From IMG/VR virus record IMGVR_UViG_3300044710_000077, positions 9,112 through 73,111 of that record: DNA of 64,000 nt; one strand, 5' to 3'. This DNA comes from a virus. The notes under the pieces were generated by a model. The model saw only the letters and a program-made list of their open reading frames with translations. It ran no database searches and was not told the origin of the DNA. The position numbers and the translations under genes are program-made. The number at the start of each line of letters is the position of its first letter. Positions within the stretch are counted from its first letter, which is position 1. Below are positions 53,696 through 62,521 of this stretch, in pieces.

Positions 53696-55405
53696 TCACC
53701 TTTGGAATATCGGCAGCGACGCCGGGCTGCCGGTGTCGTCCTGCATTGTCCGGGGCGCTTTCAGCAGCCGCGCATACGCCCCGCTGGTCGCATCGCCGCG
53801 GTCGTTCGGCTTCGCGGGAAACTGACATAGCTCGTCGAGATACGGCATAATCCAGGCGCCTTCCTCAGGCGTTTCACCTTCGACGATAATCACGTTACCA
53901 ATTTCCGCCTGCGATGCAAACGGAGTAGCGCGCGTCGGCTTGTCGCCAGTCTCTGGCGTGAAATGCACGTCGTAGCCGGCCAAGGCCGTCCCTAGGCCGC
54001 GCTTTTGCACTTTTCCGGCTTGGCCCGGGTCCTGCGGCAACGATACCTCGTAGCGCCCGAAATGCCGCGCGCACCATATCCGGTCGGCCGCGCATATGGT
54101 CAAAATCCACGGCTCGGCATTTTCAATGCGCTCGGCCCGACAATTGGCAATATAGATTTTGCCGTCCGTCTTGGGCCACGCCGAGCCCAGCAGCACGCCA
54201 GCGGTGCGCGCTGAATTCGATTGGCTGAATATTTCCTCGGTATCGGCCAAATCGAAATGGCGCACCCAGCGCAGACCTGACGGCGGCACGCGCACCCGCT
54301 TTAGGAACCATGGCAGCTTGAACATGCCGCCGCCCCGCGGCGTCGGTTCCTGCTGATGTTGTCCGCTGACTGCGTATGGGGTCATCTCCTTTTCGAGCGC
54401 GTCGACTACGGCGGGCGGGAAGCGTTCGGGGAATAGCAATTCGCCTTCGACTTGGCGCGGGTCGGAAAATATCGGGGTAATGCACCGCTTGGCGGCGATG
54501 AAGCGCATGGGCAGCACAAGCGCAACGTGCGGGATGCCTAATTCTTCCCAAAGCCCAGACGGGTCCTGTTTATGGACCCGCTGCATAATTAGGCCGATTG
54601 CCGACCGCACAGGGTCGTTAATCGACATGGGGACACGCTCGCGCATGATAAACCGCGCATGCTCGCGGTCGGCATCCGAATTTGCCTGCACGACGGACAC
54701 GGGATCGTCAATTGTCAGCACGTCACCACGGCCGCCGGTCAGGCGGTCGAACGGCACGCCTTCGCGTGTACCCTTGGCCGCGTTCTCAAAGGACGTTTCG
54801 CCGAATCGGGTCAGCACGACGCGATTGTGGAATTCGCCTTCGGCATCCTTGCCCCATAGCCGCTGATACCAGGCCGACAGAATCAGGTCGCGCGTCTTGC
54901 GGGTATCGCGGCGCACCCAGTTTTCGGAATACGACGTCGACAAAAACCGGTGGTGCGCAAGGTTCGCTGGCCCCCACTCCCACGCATTCCACAAAACGGA
55001 TACGCAGATACTTTTTGAAAACCCCGGAGGCACGTTCATCCGCAGCCGATTCGGCGCGCCCATGGCCATAAACGTGCCGTGGGTAATTGCCTCCAAGTGC
55101 TGGCATATTGCGCGGGTAACCCAGCCTTCGACGAATTGCGTCCGGGGCTCAAGGACGTGCCAGGCTTCGCGCACAAAGCCTATCAGCGTGCGGCAACGCT
55201 CACGAATTGCCGCTGCGTTCTTATCGAGGTCAAACCGCTCGCGCTGCTCAGCCCGGCGCTGCTGTTCCGCCTGGACCTTGGCCAGCAGGCGCCGCAGGTC
55301 CCCCGTCGTCCGCAGGCCCATGCTGTGAAGCTGGGCCAGGATCACTTTGCGCTGCGTCGGGGACAATGGGGCTGACAGTTCGGGCAAGGGCGGCAAGTCC
55401 GTCAT
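53696..55405 (-). CDS. terL: Terminase large subunit
   Basis: NVPPGFSKS (Walker A), LTGGRGD.LTIDDP (Walker B), IMQRVH, QQEP, HFDLA, GDKPTRA, FP...ND..DA.SGA. Confidence 0.96.
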   Translation of the reverse strand: MTDLPPLPELSAPLSPTQRKVILAQLHSMGLRTTGDLRRLLAKVQAEQQRRAEQRERFDLDKNAAAIRERCRTLIGFVREAWHVLEPRTQFVEGWVTRAICQHLEAITHGTFMAMGAPNRLRMNVPPGFSKSICVSVLWNAWEWGPANLAHHRFLSTSYSENWVRRDTRKTRDLILSAWYQRLWGKDAEGEFHNRVVLTRFGETSFENAAKGTREGVPFDRLTGGRGDVLTIDDPVSVVQANSDADREHARFIMRERVPMSINDPVRSAIGLIMQRVHKQDPSGLWEELGIPHVALVLPMRFIAAKRCITPIFSDPRQVEGELLFPERFPPAVVDALEKEMTPYAVSGQHQQEPTPRGGGMFKLPWFLKRVRVPPSGLRWVRHFDLADTEEIFSQSNSARTAGVLLGSAWPKTDGKIYIANCRAERIENAEPWILTICAADRIWCARHFGRYEVSLPQDPGQAGKVQKRGLGTALAGYDVHFTPETGDKPTRATPFASQAEIGNVIIVEGETPEEGAWIMPYLDELCQFPAKPNDRGDATSGAYARLLKAPRTMQDDTGSPASLPIFQR

Positions 55406-55805
55406 CGGGCAACTCGCTCAAGTCCTGATCGAAGTCGTCATCGCGGCCGATATTCTTGACCGTGGCAAGGGCCGGGGTTTCGTATTTGACGATACGCCCG
55501 GCAGCGTCGTCCGCCAATTGCAGATGGCGCTCCATGTCGGCTTTTTCGGCTGGCGTATATTCCCGGATAATTTTTCCATCCGGCCCGGCAGCCTTTTTCT
55601 GGATTATGCTGACCTGCCACATATGGAAATTCATGCGCAGGCGCATGACCGATATCGCCTTTGGCGTTTTCTGCCCGCTGGCGTCCAGGCGGTCGCGGTC
55701 GTGATTCTGCTGTTCCAGGTCGGTGACCCGGCGCGCAAGGTCTGGTTTTAGGCGGGGGCCGGAACCCGGACGCGCACCGCCCCAGTCTGGGCTGTCGGCT
55801 GGCAT
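55248..55805 (-). CDS. terS: Terminase small subunit (probable)
   Basis: WGGARPGSGP N-terminal motif, GGAG RBS, directly upstream of and overlapping terL. Confidence 0.7.
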   Translation of the reverse strand: MPADSPDWGGARPGSGPRLKPDLARRVTDLEQQNHDRDRLDASGQKTPKAISVMRLRMNFHMWQVSIIQKKAAGPDGKIIREYTPAEKADMERHLQLADDAAGRIVKYETPALATVKNIGRDDDFDQDLSELPDDGLAALARTVSPIVPDAAQSDPGPASQHGPADDGGPAAPAGQGPGGTAAPG

Positions 55806-55867
55806 GCTCCGCTTATAGCGCCGTTGGGCGTTATATTTCAAGGCGGTATGCGCGCGAACAATGGAAA

Positions 55868-56078
55868 GACAATGCCTTTGCATTGTCGACCGGTCGACAG
55901 ATTGTCGGTCAAGCGGCTTGATCGACACTTTGTCGGTCGAGCGAATTTCGGGAATTAAAAAGGGGATTATTATTCCAGAAAATAGATCGCGGCCGAAAAT
56001 GCGAAAATGGCCGCAAATCACGAATTGTTACACGTAACTCCCAACAATGCGCTGTGGAGAACCGGCTAAGTCATTGAT
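55868..56078. promoter_or_regulatory. Palindrome cluster and IHF-like site upstream of terS (candidate packaging/control region)
   Basis: gacaatgc/gcattgtc, perfect tgtcgaccggtcgaca, tgtcggtcaagc/gcttgatcgaca, repeated ttgtcg; AT-rich tract; ctaagtcattgat at 56066-56078 (reverse ATCAAtgacTTA). Confidence 0.5.
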
Positions 56079-56114
56079 GTAATGTTGGCAAATCAAAATC
56101 TGGAATATCGACTT

Positions 56115-56123
56115 TGCTATAAT
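56115..56123 (+). promoter_or_regulatory. Extended -10 sigma70-type promoter element for the + strand block
   Basis: tgctataat (TGnTATAAT) ~50 bp upstream of ATG 56174 with GGAG RBS. Confidence 0.55.
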
Positions 56124-56173
56124 GCGGCTGTCGGCTGGAAATTGCCGACGAAATGCCAACCGGAGAATTACCC

Positions 56174-56428
56174 ATGACAGACGACCTGGATATTCCAGAA
56201 TTCCTAAAGCGGGGGCCTGCGGCCCCGCCGCAACCGGCAACGCCAAGAACACGCCGACGCGCCGCCATGCGCACTATCCCATACCCGCGTGGTGGCTATG
56301 CACGGCTACTGCGGCAGAACCGGCGGCCGGACAATATCAGCGAGGCGACTTGGCAAGCGTGTCGCGACTCGATTGCCGAGCGCGCGAACCGCATGGCGAA
56401 GCTACGCGAACTGCGGGGGTGGAAATGA
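56174..56428 (+). CDS. Small basic protein with FtsZ C-terminal-peptide-like N-terminus
   Basis: MTDDLDIPEFLKR; GGAG RBS. Confidence 0.65.
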   Translation: MTDDLDIPEFLKRGPAAPPQPATPRTRRRAAMRTIPYPRGGYARLLRQNRRPDNISEATWQACRDSIAERANRMAKLRELRGWK

Positions 56429-57036
56429 CCCGCCGCAAATATGCGACCGTCAACGGACGCTGGCCCGACACCATCCCGCCCTTGACTGGGCCCGAGGCCG
56501 TTACGGCCGCCAAGCGGCTATGGCGCACGGCGACCGGCAGCGCATGCCCATACCGCGTCGTGGTGACCACAGGCGCGCGTGTCGGCCGCTGGATTGTCCG
56601 CGGCGGCTTTGGCACGCGCTTGGTGCGCGACGACAAGGCGCGCGCCCTGGTGCTGATCGTAAACCCCAAAGCAGGCTGGCATGAATTCGTCCACAGCCTG
56701 TCGCACAAGGCGCACCGCAAGCTTCACCCGGGCATCCCGGACCACGACGACCTTGGCCGCCACGCGTTCGTTGAACGCTCGATGATTGACCACGTTGTCG
56801 GGTCCGGCTGGCTGGACGGGCGATTGAAGCGGCCCGAACGGCCGGCACCCAGCCGGGAGGATTTTGCCAAAAATGTCCGGGCTGAACGCGCCAAGCGTAT
56901 CGATGCGGCAATTATCCGCTGGGAACGCAAGGCCAAGCGGGCCGAACGGGCGCTGCGTAAGCTGCGCCGACAGCGCCATGCAATTTCCCGCGCAATTTCA
57001 GCGTCCGGCAATTGTGCCGTTATTGCAATAGGTTAA
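56425..57036 (+). CDS. His-rich zincin-like hypothetical protein with basic C-terminal helix
   Basis: GWHEFVHSLSHKAH...H...H...E; ATGA coupling. Confidence 0.6.
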   Translation: MTRRKYATVNGRWPDTIPPLTGPEAVTAAKRLWRTATGSACPYRVVVTTGARVGRWIVRGGFGTRLVRDDKARALVLIVNPKAGWHEFVHSLSHKAHRKLHPGIPDHDDLGRHAFVERSMIDHVVGSGWLDGRLKRPERPAPSREDFAKNVRAERAKRIDAAIIRWERKAKRAERALRKLRRQRHAISRAISASGNCAVIAIG

Positions 57037-57052
57037 ATTCCCCGAAAATAAT

Positions 57053-57094
57053 TCTCGGAAATATGCCGTTTTGGAGTTGACGGCATTTCCGAGA
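57053..57094. promoter_or_regulatory. Inverted repeat overlapping a TTGACG -35-like box
   Basis: tctcggaa-at-atgccgt / acggcat-ttccgaga. Confidence 0.5.
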
Positions 57095-57154
57095 GGGCGC
57101 TTAATGCGCGTGCCACAGGGATATCGCATCCCGCCCCGAATAGGAGAAACGGCC

Positions 57155-57364
57155 ATGTCATTCAAAGCCCCGCAAGACTGGACGCCCGGCCGCACCGTCA
57201 AGGTCGGCTTCCTGACGCTGACCGTCGTTGCCAAGGTCGCGACGCCCGGCAATTACCTGCCCGACCAGTACGCGCTGACGAACGGGCGTGGCGCGTTTTA
57301 CCGATTTATTCCTCACAATGGCCTGACGCGCTGCGCGTCGCTGGCCGAGGCGAAGGAGTGGTGA
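57155..57364 (+). CDS. Small conserved phage protein
   Basis: AGGAG RBS; QDW.PG.TVKVGFL.L.V...PD.YAL...Y.F.PHNGL. Confidence 0.7.
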   Translation: MSFKAPQDWTPGRTVKVGFLTLTVVAKVATPGNYLPDQYALTNGRGAFYRFIPHNGLTRCASLAEAKEW

Positions 57365-57572
57365 CATGGCAATCCGCCACGACGTTCTGCACTATTACCG
57401 CCTGTTCCGCGGCAATATGAAATGCACGGCTGAACAAGCCTATTGGTCAGCGCGCCGGCATATCCATTTCCGGCAACGATTAGCCAAGATGGTCAAGCCG
57501 TCGCGCGGCGCCGCAAGCGCCGCGCATAGAAGCCCATGGGGGCATTCCGCCCCGCCCGAAAAGGAGTCTACC

Positions 57573-57956
57573 ATGCTCGCATATAGGACGAACCCGACCA
57601 TGCCGAAGAAACCGCACCAAGCCGACGCTACCGACCGCGTTGATATTGAGTCGGCGCCGCTCCATCAACCTTGCGCGATGACGCGGCCAATCCCGGTCAA
57701 AGTCGCCCCAGAACCATTGCCGCCACTTGATATCCCGGCCGACGTCCTGAGCGGCCCTAAGCGCGGAATTGTCCGATTTCTGCTTTGCCGCCCCGGCGGC
57801 TGCACCCTACGCGATATCAAGCGCGGCACCGGGTGGAAGGCCATCTCCATCCCCAGGGAAGCGGCATCGCTCAATTTGTCGCTGGTCAAGGATAGGACGC
57901 CCGGGAATCCTAATCGCTATTTCGGGCGTCCATTGGACGGGGGGCCTGTGTCATGA
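57573..57956 (+). CDS. DUF3489-like winged-helix protein (frame also open from 57366)
   Basis: AAGGAG RBS; K..I..LL.RPGG.TL..I...TGW. Confidence 0.6.
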   Translation: MLAYRTNPTMPKKPHQADATDRVDIESAPLHQPCAMTRPIPVKVAPEPLPPLDIPADVLSGPKRGIVRFLLCRPGGCTLRDIKRGTGWKAISIPREAASLNLSLVKDRTPGNPNRYFGRPLDGGPVS

Positions 57957-58062
57957 CTTGGCGCGGCTACTTGGTTGCCGGGATGATCGCCGCCAGCTTT
58001 TACCTGTTCATGGCGGCCATTGCCGTGCCAACGCCATAGAACCGGGCGCCTGTGCTTCGCGC

Positions 58063-59376
58063 CTAAGCGCCTGCTGGGGTAACACCGGACGGCCCCCTAA
58101 GCGTACCAGCGACGCTTTCTATGGCAATGCGGGCCGCTTTGACCTGGGCCATTGTGTGCCCGGTCGCCTCCAAGGTGGCCACGCCACCCGTGAACGCTTG
58201 CCACCGCTCGACCGCCATATCGACATAGGCCGGATCGATCTCGATGGCATGGCATATGCGGCCCGTCATCTGGGCCGCGATAATCGTCGTACCAGACCCG
58301 ACGAATGGATCGTAAACCGCATCCCCAACCCGGGAATTATTCTCCATCGGGCGCCGCATGCACTCGACGGGCTTTTGCGTCGAATGCCCCGTTTCGCTTT
58401 TCTGCGGCTTGTCGATTTCCCAAAGGGTATTTTGCTTGCGGTCGCCCTGCCAGTTGCCAGTCGCGCCTTGGCGCACGGCGTACCAGCAGGGTTCGTGCTT
58501 CACGTGGTAATCGCCCCGGCCAATTGGGAAATGCGACTTTGCCCAGATAATTTGCATCCGAATGGCAAACCCGGCCCGTTCGATGCAATGATAAAACTCA
58601 ACACTGTTGGAGCCCGCCGGGCTCCAACAGTAAATTACGTTGCCTGGGAAATTCACAAAAGCCGCCGTCCAGTCCGAGCGATCATCGTTGGTCACCCTAG
58701 CGACCGCCCTATCATCCTCAATCCTAATTATACGCTCTTTCCGCCAACCGGCGTCGTATTCGATGCCGTAGGGCGGATCGGTGACCATCAAAACGGGCAC
58801 CGCCCCGGTTAGAACCCGCTCGACGTCCGCCGCGGCGGTCGCGTCGCCACATAGCAGCCGATGCTGACCAAGCCGCCATAGATCGCCGAACCTAGTTACA
58901 GGCGCCGCGGGCGGCTCTGGGGTTTCCTCCGGGTCCGTGTGCTGCTCGCCGAACCCGGCTACGAACTGGCGTAGCTCTACGTCTGGAAATCCGATGACGC
59001 GCAATGGAAAATCCAGCTTGGCGAGGTCGCCTAATTCGACCTTCAAAAGTTCTGTGTTCCACCCCGAATTTAGGGGCAATTGGTTATCTGCAATCCGGTA
59101 ACCTCTCTTGCGCTCGTCGGACCAGCCGCGCGCAACGATGACTGGCAGCACAACGATTCCCAATTCGACGGCAGCCCGAATACGCGCGTGGCCACAGATT
59201 ATTTCGCCGGTTTCGTCGATAAGCGGTGGCACGGTGAAGCCAAATTCAATTATGCTGTCCTTAATTTGGGAAATTTGCTCGTCGGAATGCGTCCGCGTAT
59301 TCTGCTGATAATTGCGCAGTTTTTTGACGGGCCATCGCTCGATTTCGCCGGCCTCCCATGGATTGCGCTCGGCCAT
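58063..59376 (-). CDS. ParB-like N-terminal domain fused to DNA methyltransferase
   Basis: NTRTHS..QI..I..SI.EFGF..P, ICGHAR, YRIADN; LLCGDAT, VTDPPYG, HSTQKPV, YDPFVGSGTT. Confidence 0.93.
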   Translation of the reverse strand: MAERNPWEAGEIERWPVKKLRNYQQNTRTHSDEQISQIKDSIIEFGFTVPPLIDETGEIICGHARIRAAVELGIVVLPVIVARGWSDERKRGYRIADNQLPLNSGWNTELLKVELGDLAKLDFPLRVIGFPDVELRQFVAGFGEQHTDPEETPEPPAAPVTRFGDLWRLGQHRLLCGDATAAADVERVLTGAVPVLMVTDPPYGIEYDAGWRKERIIRIEDDRAVARVTNDDRSDWTAAFVNFPGNVIYCWSPAGSNSVEFYHCIERAGFAIRMQIIWAKSHFPIGRGDYHVKHEPCWYAVRQGATGNWQGDRKQNTLWEIDKPQKSETGHSTQKPVECMRRPMENNSRVGDAVYDPFVGSGTTIIAAQMTGRICHAIEIDPAYVDMAVERWQAFTGGVATLEATGHTMAQVKAARIAIESVAGTLRGPSGVTPAGA

Positions 59377-59495
59377 GCGTCAATACCGCTCGATTCGGAT
59401 GACGGGCAGCGTAATGCACTCTGCCGTTCGACGGGGCCACAGGCAATAAGGCCCCCAGGCAAAGTCGGTGCCGGCCGCCCAGCGCGGAACGAATT

Positions 59496-59780
59496 TCACG
59501 ACCTGCGCTTTTTTGCGCGTCGGAGGGATGACGGGCGGGAGCTTTTTGCGGGCTGGCATGCGGCCTCCACTATAGCGCGCATTTCCGAGTCGCCAAGGCC
59601 GCGTCGGCGCTCGTAACAGCGAGCCACGCGGATACGATCTTGGGTTACCGTCAGGACGGCGCCGTTGTCCAGAACGCAGGTCCAGTAGTGATCGTGCTGC
59701 GTTGATTCGACAAACAGCGCATAGCCATTCCCGACAGGGGTTTTCACGGGAATCGGGTCGGCGAATTCGAGGATGGCCAT
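59496..59780 (-). CDS. Hypothetical protein
   Basis: PIPVKTPVGNGYALFV beta-rich ORF. Confidence 0.5.
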   Translation of the reverse strand: MAILEFADPIPVKTPVGNGYALFVESTQHDHYWTCVLDNGAVLTVTQDRIRVARCYERRRGLGDSEMRAIVEAACQPAKSSRPSSLRRAKKRRS

Positions 59781-59930
59781 AGCGACCGCCGGATACAGCA
59801 CCGGGCGGCCCGACTATACGCGACACGGGCCGCCCTGTGCATCGTGCGCGATTGGCGCGTGGTTAGGACAGCGGGCGCGGGAGTGTCAAGCGGGAGGATT
59901 TTGACCCGGGCGCTTTTCTGTCATCAGCAT

Positions 59931-60326
59931 CTATTCTGCGAGCGCTTCGTCCCAGCGGGCGTTGCCGGTTGTCAGATAGCTGCGGAGCGCGAGGGCCGCC
60001 TGACCTGGGGTTGCGTCGTCCGCGCCAGGTGCCATTGTCGAATAGGAGAAAAGAACTTTGATGGCTCGCGGCAAGGTGTCCCAATCTGGCATTCTCTGCC
60101 CGTCGCATCCTGTTTTGACCATTCGGAATGCCACTCCCTCCGAAACAAAATTAGCCCAGCCGCAGATGCAGGCCGGCGTGCCACAGGGATGCCGAAGGAC
60201 CTCCATGTTAAATTGGTCGGATTTTATTTCGCCGCGCTCCAACATGCCGAGCACTCTCACGAGGGATTCCAGTTCGATCTCTTGGATGCCGAGGTCGGTC
60301 GCGGTCTTAAAGTTCTGTGCGAGCAT
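59931..60326 (-). CDS. Conserved hypothetical protein
   Basis: AAGGAG RBS; FNM...CGTPACICGWA; ATPGQAALALRSYLTTG..RW. Confidence 0.65.
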   Translation of the reverse strand: MLAQNFKTATDLGIQEIELESLVRVLGMLERGEIKSDQFNMEVLRHPCGTPACICGWANFVSEGVAFRMVKTGCDGQRMPDWDTLPRAIKVLFSYSTMAPGADDATPGQAALALRSYLTTGNARWDEALAE

Positions 60327-60361
60327 CGTTCTCTCCTTTGAAGTTGGATGTTAATTCCGTA

Positions 60362-60721
60362 TCAATTTCCGCCGCCGTTCGGCTTTGCCGCGTCGGGCGC
60401 TGGCGCTTCCGGGGCCGCCGGTTGCAACGCGCCGGGCAACGGGAGCGCCTCGAACACGGTGCCGTCGCAGAATTCTATACGCGCCACCGGCCGCGGCTGC
60501 CCTGTCGCCGGGTCGGCCACAGCGAATATCGGCTGTCCGGCGACGTCGAAATTACCGCAGACCATGTTCACGCGCATGATCGGCTGGCCCGTCGGCCGCA
60601 GCGCGATATCGACGCTGATTATGCCCGGGATTGCCTTGCGGTTTGCGTCCCAGACGACAAGGCCGTCGGGCGAGGCGACGACGCGGATTGCGGCGTAGGG
60701 GTTTTTCGATTTGGAGGCCAT
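60362..60721 (-). CDS. Hypothetical protein
   Basis: GAGG RBS; beta-rich with Pro-rich tail. Confidence 0.55.
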   Translation of the reverse strand: MASKSKNPYAAIRVVASPDGLVVWDANRKAIPGIISVDIALRPTGQPIMRVNMVCGNFDVAGQPIFAVADPATGQPRPVARIEFCDGTVFEALPLPGALQPAAPEAPAPDAAKPNGGGN

Positions 60722-60990
60722 GCGCGTCTTTCCTCTCGTTTCAGCGCCGCCGCCCATATCGGGTCGACAGCGACAGCATAATTTCCGTCCGGCATCGGCA
60801 GCATATTGTTCGCCGCCAAAAACGCCTTGGCCAGGGTCACATGGGCCATCGTCAGCGTGTCGCAAGCTGGCGCGATGGCGGCGGCCAAGGTGTCGATTAC
60901 GACTATGCGTACCGGCCCAGCGGCGGTTGGCAGCGCTATCGTAGCGGCGGCGGTCGACAACAGCCCGGACAGGAAAGCGCGCCGGTTCAT
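60619..60990 (-). CDS. Twin-arginine-leader small protein with a capsid-like segment
   Basis: MNRRAFLSGLL leader; DTLTM..V..A.A.L..N...PM.DG.Y....D aligns with the major capsid protein. Confidence 0.5.
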   Translation of the reverse strand: MNRRAFLSGLLSTAAATIALPTAAGPVRIVVIDTLAAAIAPACDTLTMAHVTLAKAFLAANNMLPMPDGNYAVAVDPIWAAALKREERRAWPPNRKTPTPQSASSPRPTALSSGTQTARQSRA

Positions 60991-61220
60991 AGCACCCCCG
61001 CCTCGAATAGCCACTCGCGCGGCACGCCTTGCCAGTTCTGGTCCAGCAGCGTGACTAGGCGGCCGATATGTTCGGGCACAGGGGCGTCGCCGCGGTCCTG
61101 GTAGCCGCGCACGGTGCGGGAAATCGTGATCGTGCTGCCCTGGTAGCCCAACAGCAGGCCGAACTGGACGACCGCTAGGCCGCGGCGCTTGCGGATGGCG
61201 TCGAATTCCTTGCCGGTCAT
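60987..61220 (-). CDS. XRE-like HTH DNA-binding protein
   Basis: MTGKEFDAIRKRRGL...QFGLLLGY...TV..Y...PVP. Confidence 0.65.
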   Translation of the reverse strand: MTGKEFDAIRKRRGLAVVQFGLLLGYQGSTITISRTVRGYQDRGDAPVPEHIGRLVTLLDQNWQGVPREWLFEAGVL

Positions 61221-61417
61221 GGCGTTGGCCTCAATCGCGTGTTGCCCTTGCAGTCGGCGCAAAAGTGCTTCCAGGTGTCGCCGTCCTTGGCCGTTGCCCA
61301 TTCCTCTTGACGTAGCACAGCCCTGGCTTCCTCCCAGTCGTCGGTGTCCGTCGTCGCGCCGTCGCCGCAGCCATCGCAGACGAAAACGATTTTGCCCTTT
61401 TGGCGGTCGACGGTCAT
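61217..61417 (-). CDS. Small zinc-finger protein
   Basis: CDGCG...W...HFCADC. Confidence 0.6.
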   Translation of the reverse strand: MTVDRQKGKIVFVCDGCGDGATTDTDDWEEARAVLRQEEWATAKDGDTWKHFCADCKGNTRLRPTP

Positions 61418-61605
61418 TTGAACACCGACAGCAACGCTTGCTGCATCGTTTCCGCCAACGCCTGTTGCGGGGTGAAGCCTTGGCGCAGCAACACCGCGCA
61501 ATAGCCCGCAGCGTCGATTTCGCCAGCCTGAAACCGCCGCGTGGCGTCGGCGACCACGTCGGCGAACACGGTCAGGGCAGACAACTTGGCGCTATTCGTC
61601 GTCAT
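61414..61605 (-). CDS. Hypothetical protein
   Basis: GAGG RBS; operon coupling. Confidence 0.45.
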   Translation of the reverse strand: MTTNSAKLSALTVFADVVADATRRFQAGEIDAAGYCAVLLRQGFTPQQALAETMQQALLSVFK

Positions 61606-62521
61606 CGGATTCCTCGGGGGCTTCACCCAGAAAGTCGGCCACGTCGTCGAAGCGTTCGGCGACGCCGGCCAGGACTTTGCGTTCGACCTTTTCCGCGGCC
61701 ATGACCTTGTCCCAGGCTTTCTTGTCGATAAGGCCACGGATTTCCCGGTCAATCAACTGGTCAATGGTGCGCGGGTCCAGCGCGTCCAGTTCCCAGCACT
61801 TGTCACCGAACTGCGATTCGTAGCCGGTGAATCGGCTGTCGGTTTCCTTGGCCGGATTGGGCGGCGGGTTGTAGCGTTCGACCTGGTCCATGTTCAGCGC
61901 CAAGCGACGGATTTCGACGTCGCCGCCGGCGAACATGCCCAGCCGGTCGCGGTTGTCCTCTGTCATGTTCAGCCCGGACGGGTCGTGGTCGCCCAGGTGC
62001 AGCACCACCGGCCGCAAGCCGTCGTCCAGATAGCGGCCGAATCGCTTGCCGGCGGCATACTGTTCGGACTGGCTCATATAGCCCCGGCACGACAGCCGCG
62101 GCACGCGCCAGCGTTCGCACACGGGCACAATGACGCCAGCCAGGGCTTCCTTTTCAATCCAGACCTCGGGCCGCACCGTCTGGGTGTTCCAGGGGTTGCG
62201 CTTGTATTGTTCGCCAACGGCTTCGAGGATTTCGGCTGGGCTGTCCCATAGGCTAGGGCGGTCGACGTTGCGCGTGCGGTCCTCCATGGACGACCAATCG
62301 ACCAAGCCCGCCAAGCGCGCGTCGTTTATGATGCTGCCCAGGCGCTTATATTCGGTCTGCACGTTTTTAATTAAATCGCGTGAGACGAATTGATAGTACA
62401 ACTGCCGCAAGGTCAGCACGAATCCCTGGGCGCGGTATTCGGCAATAATCGTATTCGCCTGCTCGATTATCGCCAGCGTGTCGGGTTTGAAATCCCGGGG
62501 GACAAAGGTTTCGCGGGCCAT
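61592..62521 (-). CDS. Topoisomerase VI-A/Spo11-like winged-helix plus Toprim protein
   Basis: LTLRQLYYQ, VWIEKEAL, RGY.S, LHLGDHDPSG, RRLALN..Q, WELDAL. Confidence 0.8.
   Translation of the reverse strand: MARETFVPRDFKPDTLAIIEQANTIIAEYRAQGFVLTLRQLYYQFVSRDLIKNVQTEYKRLGSIINDARLAGLVDWSSMEDRTRNVDRPSLWDSPAEILEAVGEQYKRNPWNTQTVRPEVWIEKEALAGVIVPVCERWRVPRLSCRGYMSQSEQYAAGKRFGRYLDDGLRPVVLHLGDHDPSGLNMTEDNRDRLGMFAGGDVEIRRLALNMDQVERYNPPPNPAKETDSRFTGYESQFGDKCWELDALDPRTIDQLIDREIRGLIDKKAWDKVMAAEKVERKVLAGVAERFDDVADFLGEAPEESDDDE

Noticed and set aside
53696-55405. Intein or intron in terL, portal or capsid
   Set aside because: Normal lengths, continuous motifs and no intein splice or LAGLIDADG motifs seen.
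57769-58812. 347 aa plus-strand ORF, and likewise 35597-36424 (-) and 21870-22505 (-)
   Set aside because: Antisense to clearly recognisable methyltransferase or HNH genes.
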